From Neodothiora populina (taxonomy: Eukaryota), in assembly GCF_041146345.1 (NCBI RefSeq), contig NW_027191417.1:1612001-1676000 (forward strand): a DNA stretch of 64,000 nt, given 5' to 3'. The position numbers and the translations under genes were made by a program. How positions within the stretch are numbered: position 1 is the stretch's first letter; the number at the start of each line of letters is the position of its first letter. Under the pieces are notes generated by a model. The model was given only the letters and a program-made list of their open reading frames with translations, was not told the origin of the DNA and searched no databases. Below are positions 11,847 to 23,325 of the stretch, in pieces.

Positions 11847-12890
11847 CTATGCCACAATGCCGACTCCTGGTTCCGACCATGCCGTCTGTCTCACGCTCTT
11901 GTTCCTCTTGTACGAGACGACCTGAAAGTTATCTGGGATACATCGCTCGCAGGGCTGGCGCAAGTCATATTGAACTTCGTTGTTCATGACTTCAAGCTTC
12001 AACACTGTGGGTGAGAGATCGGCCGTCTGAAGTTCCTGCTTATCCAGTCCAAATTGCCTGCAGTCCTCATCATTATCACTGGAATCGATATTGACGTTGA
12101 GCTCAACAGCATCCCAGAAAACCCGCCCACCAACAACACAGTCCAGATCTCCCTTGCAAGCTCTTTCAACCCATCCACCACGCATGTATAGCTCGAAATG
12201 CTCATGCATATCCCTCTGCTGCAATTCGATTTGCTCTCTACCAAAACGGTAGCAGTCCAAGGTATCGATCGCATCCGCGCGTGCATCATGAACAGCACGG
12301 TGAATATAGACTCTCTTGCTCCTCAAGAACATGGCTTTGAAGCCTGCGCCAGGGACACGTTTGTCTTTCTCATCTCTGTAAGCTACAAACTGCTGGGTAT
12401 CGCGCCAGCCGCGGAGTTTCATCGCCGCGAAATCAGAAGCTCCGATGCGTAGAGCTGAAAGATCATTCTTACCTCCGTGGGTGACGATAGTATGTCCGCG
12501 CATAAGATCCATCATTCTATCCTTGACGACGTTGAAAGCAACAGCTCCATTGCAAGCCTGCAATTTGCATATCTCGACGCCGGTCTTCTTGTGCACAACA
12601 CACCTGATCTCTCGCAGAGGTTTTGTAAAGTCGTAGACGTACGTGTCCCAGATTACTTCCCTGCGGCTGTTGAGCAACATCACTCGTGCGAGCGTGTAGT
12701 TGTCGATTATGGTCGTCTCCATGGATATCGTCTTGAGCATCAGCGTGGCGGTCAGAAGGTCCTTGTCTGGTCTGGGCGCAGGTGTTGAGATGTGGCGCGT
12801 CACGAGGCGGTTGTGGTCCAGCTTGCCGCAGCTGCGACACCTTTGCTCGAAGCCTGGCAGGGACTTCTGGCGGCGGTATATGTGTGGCAT
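11847..12890 (-). CDS. Divergent REX4/ISG20-like DEDDh 3'-5' exonuclease-fold protein with degenerate ExoI motif; about 347 aa, intronless
   Basis: LARVMLLNSRREVIWDTYV, KTGV, GHTIVTHGGKNDLSAL (ExoII), RDTQ and HDARADAIDTL (ExoIII) follow the REX4-like order. ATG at 12890. Confidence 0.75.
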   Translation of the reverse strand: MPHIYRRQKSLPGFEQRCRSCGKLDHNRLVTRHISTPAPRPDKDLLTATLMLKTISMETTIIDNYTLARVMLLNSRREVIWDTYVYDFTKPLREIRCVVHKKTGVEICKLQACNGAVAFNVVKDRMMDLMRGHTIVTHGGKNDLSALRIGASDFAAMKLRGWRDTQQFVAYRDEKDKRVPGAGFKAMFLRSKRVYIHRAVHDARADAIDTLDCYRFGREQIELQQRDMHEHFELYMRGGWVERACKGDLDCVVGGRVFWDAVELNVNIDSSDNDEDCRQFGLDKQELQTADLSPTVLKLEVMNNEVQYDLRQPCERCIPDNFQVVSYKRNKSVRQTAWSEPGVGIVA

Positions 12891-15800
12891 ATCTGCTGGT
12901 TGGTATGGGTGCAAAGTGAGAGTGATTGATGTTTTGTTTATGGATGATGAATTGGTTTGTATGTCTTCAAAAGTAAGTAGTGCAGAGTTAAGAAGGGCAG
13001 GATGATGGTGTAAGATCAGGTATGTAAGATCAGGTATATATATCATTGAGCTCAGCGATAAAACTAATTGTAGACTCACGTCTATTGCAACTCAAACAAA
13101 TTGTCACTCGGACTCGTGAAAGGACACATTGAAGGTATATATGATGACAGCTCTATCATGAACCACCACCTACAGTATATTGTCATGTCATGCTCATTCG
13201 TCCAGCCTCAGCAACTAAGCAACTCCTGCCTCTAGTCGGCCCTTCACGCTCTCAAGAAGCAAAGAAGACAGATTCCTGCGATCTTGATTATCGACAGTCT
13301 TTCTGGAAAGCATGTTGCACCGAAACCACATTAGCAGTCCCCTTGGAAAGCATATTGCACCACTTCCATTTCGCAGCCTTATAATGCTTCCTCTCTACAC
13401 TGCATATTCACAAATCATGCGATTACGAACTTATGGAAGCCACAGTGAGAAGAAAGTTTTTTTCTTCAATATATGATACGGCCATGCGTGAAGGGTACCT
13501 GGCGAAGACACAAATAACTACAAGTAGTCCTCGCCAGCACTAGCAGAACACCACCCTATACAGCCACAGCCGTCATGCACCATCGTCTAAGTTACAACCG
13601 TCCGATCATCTCTACAAAGTGATGTTAAGGTATCGTTGTCAATTGAAGGTACGTCTCATACACGAAAGATCAACAGAAACAGATCCTACGCAACTCGGTA
13701 CCAACTTGAGCATACATCCGCCTTTGGAACGCTTGGAACTTACCGATTACGCTTTGCTTTCTCTGGCTCTACGCCATCATCTTGTCTCACACCTGCGCGT
13801 GTGCGAAACACTTACCCAACTTCCCTCCCACACCTCTCTGCCAAGTCAACGTGTGCTGATAGGTCTATCTCGAGCAGTCAGCACGATACCTCAAGGAGTC
13901 TGATCCGAAGATCCCTGCTCATACATAGAGGCCTACACCCCGACCCTCTTCCAATTCCTCCCATCGCGACGAGAAAAAGGAACTGAAGGGAGACCGCGAG
14001 CCGAGGGGTCGACCTTTCTGAGGCATGTAATCACCCGTCGCGAGGCTCTGCTGTTACTGCTACTATTGTGTATATATGTATATCAAGGCAGGTAAGTAGT
14101 CTGACGTCGCGGGTCTCTCGGCTTTTATGCTTCGGTATATGTTCCCGAGGCAAAAGGACTGATTCTATCGTGGTGCAGGACTAGAGGGACGGACGGTGAA
14201 AACGAACGGATGTGTGCACGCGCTGGGAAATGTAAGTATCCGGTTTCCATAGCAGTATTCTGTACGTGTATCAAGATGATTCGAGGGAAGTGACATTCGG
14301 CCGGGATGGAGTAGCGGTTGATTGCTGCTTCGTATGGTATAGAAGTGCATTGACGAACGAGCCAAAAGTTCATGTAATGTGAACTGCTCCAATCTTCCCT
14401 ATTGATGATGCGATTTTCGAAACAGAGGTTTCAGCATGAAGTGAAGTAGGTATATGGACATGCTTGCGCGATCGACCGAACGCCACTGCGGATCAGACAT
14501 TTCCTGACCGCATAAACTCGGCACAAGAAAAGTGAACACGAAAGGCGTAGCAACACGGATGACGTGCATTAGCGAAAGCAAGAGTCGATGGTTCAGTCCA
14601 TGTCAGACCGCATGTTGGATCGCCCCATCAGCCACGATGCCGATGTCGAATCACACGTCCCACGACAGCAAGCAGGTGAGCAAGCCAGCGAGCCATCCCG
14701 CAATTCCCGTTGCATCTAAGCATGGAGAGTAGTCATCGTTCTGCATCCATCGCATTGGCATCGACTTGCTCAAAGAGCGTGCGTGCATGCGCGCGCGCCG
14801 CCGTGTCTCGGCCTCTCGAAATCTCCAGGTACTCGGACCCCCGAATACAATATACGATGAAAATCACTGCATGGGGGCATGCCTAAGATGACAGGGATCC
14901 TCGTCGTGATGACGAACGCCTTCTATCATAGAAACATCGGTATACAGGACCGAGAAAGCTCCCGACAGCACGGCCGCGTGGCTACGTCTTTCCAGAAATC
15001 CGGCGCCGATGAACCAAGACAGAAGCAGAAACAAGCGGTAGGATTCATCCGAGACGCAACAAAGTAGGCAATGTAATGCAATGCAATGTAGGAGGGAATG
15101 AGAAGGAGTAGGAAATGACCCAACGACCTGGTTATGTCTCTCGACGAAACCTGGTAACCAGTAATGTATACGTACTGTATCTCGTTGTAGTTCGATAAAG
15201 ATGATGCCTGCAGGCCTTCCTTCCCTGTATAGTGACTGTGCATATACCGTTCGTACGTGCGGAAGGAAAGCAGCGGATGCGCCTGCACTCGCATAGATGG
15301 GATATCTGACACACTCGCAGCAAAGACCACACTTGACACCGGCCATCCGTCTCCCCTGATCTTGCTGTTTTTCCTCATGTAATGCGAACAAGTGCCGGCA
15401 GCCATGTCCGAATTGGCAAAAGTTAGACATCAATCGTGCCTTATTAGGATTCGCATTCATGCGTCGTCCATGTTTGCGAAGTCCACAATGCGTTACTTGT
15501 ACACGGAATGCGGATGTAGTATAGGGCACAATATACCCATTGACCCATGCACGTAAGCACTGGGGTTCGGCAGATAGACATAACAACAGAAGGCAAAGAG
15601 AAAAAGAAAGAGATCCGTCACATTTGCCCCTCCCTTTTTTTGTCTTGCTGATCGCGTGAGAATGATCACTACAACTACCGAGGTTCAGCGCAGATACCAA
15701 GACAGAGCCAAAAAGAACAGACGTGGAAAACCTTACATCGTTCTTATCACATCACTATAGTGAAGCACGCGACCTCTTCCTACCCAAGACAGATCAGCCC

Positions 15801-16802
15801 TCGAGATCGAAGTTTCAAATTGACCGAAGGTCAGTAGTAGGAAGAAAAGGTGCGAGCCTATCCAGAGCCGCCAGAGGAGCAAGTCTGTGGAATCGGGTTT
15901 GTACCTGATTACCTGCCTTACCTTGCCTTGCCTTAACAACAATGCATGCACACATGCGATGCACATACACACGTACATGCAATACAGACCCAGAATAAAA
16001 AGTCCCGGACGGGACGCTTCGAGCGGTGGCGCAGCCCGGGACCTGCATCCGCAATCCCGCACGCGCGCGATCGAGCGGACGAGCCGGCCCTTCGGTCCCC
16101 TTGCTTTCTCTCCCGTCCCTGACTCCTCATAAGGCTGGCTGGGCTGTTTCTTAGGGCGATCCGCTGCGGTCGGACATCGTTCATCATCTGTGCATTGTAT
16201 TTGCAGTGTAGGTAAGGTATCTTGCCTATGCTTCCTCGAGTACGTACCAAGCATGCTTCCGGATGTCCTCTGTCGAACGTATTCCGACATGCTTTTGCAA
16301 GCTTGAGGATATCTGGATCCACTTACTTTGAGTCAGAGCGTTTAATATATCTGAGGCAGATTGCTTGGGAGAGCGGGAGGAAGGAAGGAGAAAAGGTATA
16401 ACGGGAGGCGACATTCCAAAAGATTTTAGCTTTCGATCGACTCATTCGAGGAGGAGGAGGGGCATGAGCTTGAGCCAAGACCGCTCGTCTTATATCCATC
16501 CTGTTATAGCTTGTGGGTATCGCGCTGTATCACAAGGACTACCGTATCAATCTATCATCTCGGGAGAGAACAGATCCGTAATACTAGGGGAACGGGAATC
16601 ACAAACGGCATCGCGTATGACAGCGAAAACACAGTATCTTTTAACGAAGCAAAATAAAAATTGGGTATACAACATCTAACATCTAGGTAATACAAAATAT
16701 AAATAGCGAATGACTTATCGAACAACTATCGGGATCATTGTCCATGATCTGCGAATCCTCGTCACAAGGACAACTAGGCCCTGCGAGATCGCGTTCTTCT
16801 TG

Positions 16803-17200
16803 TCATGTCCGTTTGCCCTTTGGCGAGCGTACGCTTTCTCTAGGGTATTTCGGCTTCGAGGGGGGTTTGCAGTCGCCTGAGAAAGTCGTGATCAGTTCAA
16901 CATGCTCTCTCGCACTATTCGGATATTGCCAAGAACGATGAGGCTAATAAGAAAAAAAAGTTGGGAGTATTTACTGCAGAGTTCTTCGAGTCGGTATTCA
17001 CTGTTGATCTCCATGTTAGCTGCGGGGCTAGCATATGCAAGGGACATCGTAATGCAATGACGGCATGATGTAAGGAAAACATACATGGCGACGATGTTTG
17101 GTGGACAGCGCTTGTGCGTTTCTTGATACTTGACACACCAGGCTCGCACAGTATAACGGCAGTGGCGGCATCTGAACTCGACTTGAGTGTAATCGCACAT
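16803..17200 (-). CDS. Small Cys-rich fungal hypothetical protein (71 aa); exons 17200-17085, 17000-16975, 16876-16803
   Basis: Two canonical introns (GTATGT..GCTAAC..CAG and GTAAAT..CTGAT..CAG) give MCDYTQVEFRCRHCRYTVRAWCVKYQETHKRCPPNIVAIEYRLEELCSDCKPPSKPKYPRESVRSPKGKRT in one frame. Confidence 0.8.
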
Positions 17201-18746
17201 GATGACTGGCGTATGCGGTGCGACTTTGCTTTGTAGACTTCTTTCGGGATAGCAAAAAAGCGATGCTGCAGGAAGAAGAATGTGATTGAAAAGGAAAATG
17301 TGATTTCGGTGTCAGACTACGAATCAGCGTATACAGGTCTCTTGAGATATATCCTTCTCTGCAACGAGGCTGCGGAGCATAGGGATATAAGAAAGTTTCC
17401 GGTCCAACCTTTCATACCTACCTGTCGCCCCTAGTACTGCAACTCTGATCGATAACGGTGGATAGAAATCCCTGACAATTGCGGAAGTGAGAACCGCGGA
17501 CGCCACGTATGGTCTAGTGCTCATGGGGTATGAAACCGAGTTGATGCGTACGACAGCCTGTATCCGGTTTCGCGATCGTTACAAGTGATTGATCATATGT
17601 CCGAAGATGACCACCGGCGATATGGCGGGGCCAAAGACAGAGAGAGGGTCTGGAAGAGGGGCAGTGATGGAACGGGTGGAAACCACGAGTGCGGCCAGCA
17701 GAGGCCAGCACTCCAGGAATCAGGAGTCCCGTAAATGCGACATTGCGAAGCTGGGCTCAGTACCAGCAGGTGGATCACGGTCTGTAGGTGAATCGAAATG
17801 GCGCGATTAGCCAATATAGAGTTATTGATTGGGCAGATCGTGGGAAAGAGCCAAAAGGTGTCGCTTGTTTGCTGGATAATCTGCCTTGTCGCGGTATCTG
17901 TGACAGCGTGCGACAACAACGCCAACGTGTGACGTGACATGTCGTCGATAATGATTTCGTGGCACGTTGGTGTACACGTTTCTGTTTTCACTCTGCGATG
18001 TGCTCGCAGCAGCAGCGGCAGCGGCACCCATGAAGCTGGGGACCCAAGGACCCCAGGATTACAATGGGGTCGTCGGACATTTGGTGATCGACCCACCTGC
18101 AGTACTGTACGCAGCGTGTGCCCTGCTGGATGGGCTGCGCCGAGATCGCGCACTCGGTTGGTGGAATTGATTTGCGAGCTGTCGTTCCCAGATGGAACGA
18201 GACGAAGTTTGCTGCTGGCCAAGCAGGGTGGATCCCAGCCTGATGCCATGGAGAGAGCAAGCGCAATATCCGTCGGGTGCCATTCCGAATCAACAAAAGA
18301 TGCGGATCGTGACGGGGGTAGAGCCTACTTTGGTCACACAGATCGAATAGCAGTGTTTGAGTTTCGCGGTATGCTATCCCATGTAGACCGCTGTTTCATG
18401 TCAAAGCCAAGACTTCAAGTTAACTTCAACGTCCAGCTGTCGCAAGTATACAGCATGCACGTCTTGACTGAACTAGCTCCAACATCTCCACCGTCTATCA
18501 GGGGGATTTCGAGACGCAAGACTCGCGATGATGAGAGTGAGGTGCAGGGCAGCGTGTTTGTTCATGACAATAGTTTCGACACAATTCACAGATGTTTCTA
18601 ACAGCCGCTCATCGGCTTCTACTCGACCAAGACACCAGCATTACCGACCAGTTGGGTATCCTAAGAAGACATGTTTCCAACATTAAACGCTCCACCAGTA
18701 AATCAGACTTCCTCTACCACCTCTTGAGTATATATCTTAGGTTGTC

Positions 18747-20641
18747 TTAATTGTTCTCCTCATCGTCGACGTCTAGCCAGCCACGGCACATGCTGACGGC
18801 ACGCTCCCACTTCTTGAACATCTTCTCACTCTCTTCTGGCGACGTGTTGGGCTCGAAAATAGTTCGGTCCTTCTGGTTGATGGCCTTCAGCTCGCTAAAC
18901 TCGGACCAGATGTCCACGGCGAAGCCTGCGGCAATAGCGGCTCCGAGGGCGGTGGTTTCACGCATGGATGGGCGATCCACCGGGATGCCAATGATGTTCG
19001 CTTGTGTCTGAAGTTCAAATGTCAGCACGGAGAGGCAAGTGCAAAAAGGAGCGTGATATGGAACGAACCTGCATGCAAATATCAGAATTGCACATGCCAC
19101 CATCGACAGCCAGGTTGCTGAGAGTGTGTCCGCTGTCCAACTCCATAGCATCCAGAATAGCCTTTGTCTGGAAGCATGTTGCCTCGAGCGTTGCGCGTGC
19201 AATGTGGCCACGCTGCGTGAACTGAGTGATGCCCTGCGCTATAATCAGTGACTGCCAGTATATGTGATGACTTCCGAATGACGTACAAAGATGGTACCCT
19301 TGGCATCATCGATCCAGTAAGGTGCGAAGAGACCCGAGAAAGCGGTAACAAACACGCAACCTCCATTATCGTCAACAGTTGCGGCCAGTTCGGAAACCTT
19401 GTCTGAATGTGCGATGAAGCCCAAGTTGTTCATCAGAAACTTGACACCAGAACCGGCGACTGCGACTGATCCTTCGAGAGCGTACACGGGTTTTCGTGCT
19501 CTGCCAAAGTCGTATGCGATAGTTGCAAGCAGGCCGTGTGAAGATATCGTGGGCTTTTCTCCAACGTTGTAGAGAAGGAAGCAACCTGTTCCATATGTGT
19601 TCTTGGCCGAGCCTGGGGTGAAGCCTTGTTGGCCCACCAGCGCCGCAGACTGGTCGCCGAGGACACCAGCAATCTTCAGACCCTTGAGTGGGCCGTATGC
19701 CATGGTACCGTAAGAGTCGGGGCAGGAAGAAGGCACGATCTTGGGCAGATTGAGCAATTCGCGGTCGAGACCGAAGAAGCCAAGGAGCTCGTCGTCATAC
19801 TTGACAGTGTGGAGGTTCATGAACATTGTTCTCGAGGCATTGGTCGAGTCCGTCACGTAGACATTCTTCTCCTTACCGCCATTGAGGTTGTAAACCAGCC
19901 AGGTGTCTACCGTTCCGAAGCAGAGACGGCCAGCGTCGTATGCTTCCTTGACCTTCCCAACGTGTTCCAACAGCCAGACCAACTTCATGGCGGAAGGGTA
20001 GGTTGACAATGGCAGACCACAGATTTGAGACAGGTCCTTGTCACCCTTCTTCGCCTTGTACTCGCGGACAAGGTGTGCCACCCTGGTATCGGGCCAGGCA
20101 ATGGCGTTATGTAGCGGTTCACCAGTCTCACGGTCCCACACCAGAGTGGTTTCTCTTTGGTTAGTGATACCAATTGCCTTGATATCCTGAACCGTGTGAC
20201 CCATCTCAACGAACTTCTTGGTCGCAATCTCGACACACTCATTCACCGTGCTGATCAACTCATAAGGGTCGTGTTCGTGCCAGCTGTTGTCATGGTCTTA
20301 GTCAACCACACTTCTATACATTGAGTCGACAAACACATCAGAGAAACTTACCCAGACTCGGGATATATTTGCTTGAACTCTAGCTGGTGCATCGCCACGG
20401 GCTCACCAGTGCCATTGAAGATGATGAACCGGGTACTCGTGGTACCTTGATCAATGGCACCGATGAAGTACTCTTGAAGAATATTCTCATGGCTGGTAGT
20501 GAATCTGTTCAACGGCGGTCTGGTTGCGCTGTGCGATTCTGTTCTGATCTTGGGCTTCTTCGTGCCCGCGCCGGCCTTGGTCAAGTCATGGTCGATCTCC
20601 TGACTGCCTCCCAAGATGGGAATGGCATGTGAGCCGTCCAT
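18747..20641 (-). CDS. GUT1: Glycerol kinase (FGGY family); exons 20641-20352, 20283-19287, 19233-19069, 19007-18747; 570 aa
   Basis: Motifs [73 protein letters not shown] and ETTALGAA. Three GT-AG introns keep the frame. Confidence 0.96.
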
Positions 20642-21034
20642 TGTGTCTATTCTACAAGGACAAGAGCTGTACAGATGAACTTTTCGCGTTGGATCGCTTA
20701 GTTTCAATATGAGATACAGAAGACGACAGCAGTGCAGCAGAGCGAGTCTTATGTGTGGAAAAACGACTAGATGTACTTGTGTGAACCCCGTGCGAAAATT
20801 GCAGAGCAGTATGCGCTGAAACAGTGAAACCCTGTTTAAGATGTTTATACGGAGGCAGAAGGTTGGCGGACAAAGCGGAAAAATTTAGGAGAGAAAGGGT
20901 ATCATGCAAGGAGGAATGAATAATAAGAAACACGGATTGACAGGGAGGGAAGGGACCGATTTTTGGTTTTGTACGAATAATGGACAGAGTGGACAGTGGA
21001 CCTGGTATTTCAGTGATCAAGGTATGATGAAATC

Positions 21035-21362
21035 CCCCACCAAAAGATACCCACGAGCCCCGCCAAAGCCATAGGCCAAAGCCAAAGCCAAAAAGCAGGA
21101 GCCAAACCCAATCCTGATTTCGGATTTCTGCCCTTTGCTTCGGTCCTTCTCTGGAGATGGCGGCGGCGCTCCATGGGGAAGGATGAATTCGGCCGGCGCG
21201 CGAGGAGGCTCCGCGAACGTTCTACTACTTTTACTGCACACTAAGGTACTGTATCTTCGTGCTCTACTACTGTACCTCCGTCCGGAGACAATCACCCATG
21301 GATTGTTGTATCTGTGGAGCCCGCAAAGCCGCGAGCGGTGCGGTCGGATCTGGCATCTGGAG
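21035..21362. promoter_or_regulatory. Cluster of CreA/Mig1-type SYGGRG sites upstream of glycerol kinase
   Basis: CCCCAC 21035, CCCCGC 21058, CTGGAG 21151, CCGGAG 21282, GTGGAG 21314 and CTGGAG 21357: six matches in about 330 bp. The motif is degenerate, so this is weak evidence. Confidence 0.4.
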
Positions 21363-22151
21363 AAATTGCCGGGTGCACACTGTACCTACTGTACACAAGC
21401 ACCACCCCGTAAGATGCCAGCGAGTCCAATATTAAAAATGTCTGTGTGTTCAGTCATGTGTACACTTCTGTGAGCTGTTAGTCGACAAGGCAAGGTTATT
21501 GTGAAAAGTTCCAAGCCCGTCGCTTGCTCGCCGTCTGCACTACTGAACTGCCGTACGCGTGTACACTTTTTTCCTTCTCTTCCTCTGCTGCACCAACAAA
21601 CGCGCGCTCGGTACCCCAGGTTCGGTGATCAGCAGAGAACCAAAATTTGCTGGCGCCGCAGAGACGAGCGCCGATCAGTAGGATCGTCGAAACCGTTTCG
21701 ACGCACGGTGGTAAGATACGGCGCAGGACGGGAGAGAGACCAGAGTCACAAGAACAGCCGTCGGGAGCGCCAGAAGGAGAAAGACGAGTTGATTGCTGCC
21801 CCGAGTTTCGACCAATGATAGTCCCATGATACAAAAGTCATTGTATTTTATCCAGATAGAGCCCAACGAAGTCGTGCATCGAGGGTTCGAGAGCGCCGCC
21901 GCACTTCCCCCCGACAGTCCAGTGCTGTGCCTCTTGGACTAATTTCTCCGGACAGGCGTCAGTTCCAAATTACAGACAGGGGGGCAAAAATTGAATTATT
22001 GATCATGGGACTTCGGATTCAGCTATACATAGGATACAAATGCAGACGCTCGACCCAAGGGGGCTGATAACGTCTACTTTTCGCTCGAATCACGGGCGCG
22101 AGACAATTTCTCCTTCGGACGAGAGTGACGAGGCCTGCGATGTTGGGACTT

Positions 22152-23325
22152 CTACTCCTCATCTTCAGCCTCGTCTGCAGCAATCTGCTTTGCTCTCTTC
22201 TCTGCCTCCTCTTTCTCCGCCTGCATGGTCTGAGAGTCTCTGAGAGCCTTGATGCGGTCGGCTGGTCCCGGCAGCTTGCCTACCCTGTCCGCAATCTGCC
22301 CTCTGCCCACCAGCGAGATGACAATGGATGCGCCTACGATGAAGGTGAGGACGAATCTGTACACAGAGTACCACGAGGGCGCCCATCCTCGTTGGGCAGC
22401 ACGACTGTCGGTGTAGTAGAGGAAGACAAATGCCAAAAATTGGGTGATGAGAGCCTGCTCTACCGGCATGAGGATCGTGGGCCATGCGACGGCGGGTGCA
22501 ACGATGCCGATGGCATATCTTGGATATCCCTGGTGGCCGCCGAAACCGGCCCACTCGAGACCCCAGTGGATGGCGCCGAGGAAAGAGATGATCTGTGCGA
22601 AAGTCAGCAGCAGCCCGATCGCTGAATAGAAAGACTGTGGGAAGAGGGGATAATACTCACCACTGCACCATATCCGACCTGCAAAGGCTCGATGACATGA
22701 AGAAGAAGCTCGGCGGTCTGATCGCTCAGCAGAACACCCGAGCCATGAGCGTGGGCATGGTTGATCTCGTATGCGCAAAATACGGTGGAAAGAGAAGTAG
22801 CAAGGTAGGGCAAAACACCGGCCATGCCGACAACATAGGCCTGTCTGGGCACATCCTGCAGGGAGAAGGTTTCTCTGATAGTCGCCTAGAACAACGATCA
22901 CGATAAGCATGAGTAGGGCGAAAATGTCCACAGCAACAGTCATGTAGGGGACGAACCAGATCAGCCTTGACACCGGCCATCATGTCGGCGTCCTTGTCCT
23001 TTTCCTCCTTGAGACCGACCTCTCCGAAGACAGGGTGAGTGGAAGAGTCAACGGAGACGGTCTCTGGGGTAGCCTTGAGGGCTTTCTCCGCCAGGCTCTC
23101 TTCCGCCTTCTTGTCGACTTTGTCGTATGGCGGACCCGACTGGTGACGCGCCATTGCCATGGTCAATGGTTTGACGGCTGCATTGGGACGCGCTTTGCTG
23201 ATAGTACACAGCCTCGATGTGAACTGGGTAGGTCGGAGAGATGCATTGATGGATGATCGAGTCGAGGCGGTGGTGATGGAGTTGAGCGCGCGAACGGCCG
23301 ATCTCGGAGCACTTGTTCGGAGCAT
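22152..23325 (-). CDS. DUF3429-family membrane protein with a mitochondrial presequence-like N-terminus; exons 23325-22957, 22885-22661, 22592-22152; 344 aa
   Basis: Arg/Ser-rich MLRTSAPRSAVRAL N-terminus. Motifs GMAGVLPY, QVGYGAV|IISFLGAIHWGLE and GWAPSWYSVYRFVLT. Confidence 0.88.

Noticed and set aside
14000..14060. TPP riboswitch-like GGGG..CTGAG..CACCC near a splice donor
   Set aside because: The second half of the aptamer (GAACCTGAT..TAAT..GCG.AGGGA) is absent and there is no thiamine gene nearby.
13100..14110. Telomerase RNA ending by spliceosomal cleavage at GTAAGT/CTGAC
   Set aside because: No TAACCCTAA-type template or Sm site was found upstream on this strand.
14864..16322. Long ORFs 14864-15700 and 15733-16290 (minus)
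   Set aside because: Non-ATG or weak starts, Cys/Arg/Leu-rich random composition, simple repeats and no recognisable domain.
17593..18601. Overlapping 218-aa and 220-aa ORFs on opposite strands
   Set aside because: No domain or codon-bias signal; likely chance ORFs in a GC-rich spacer.
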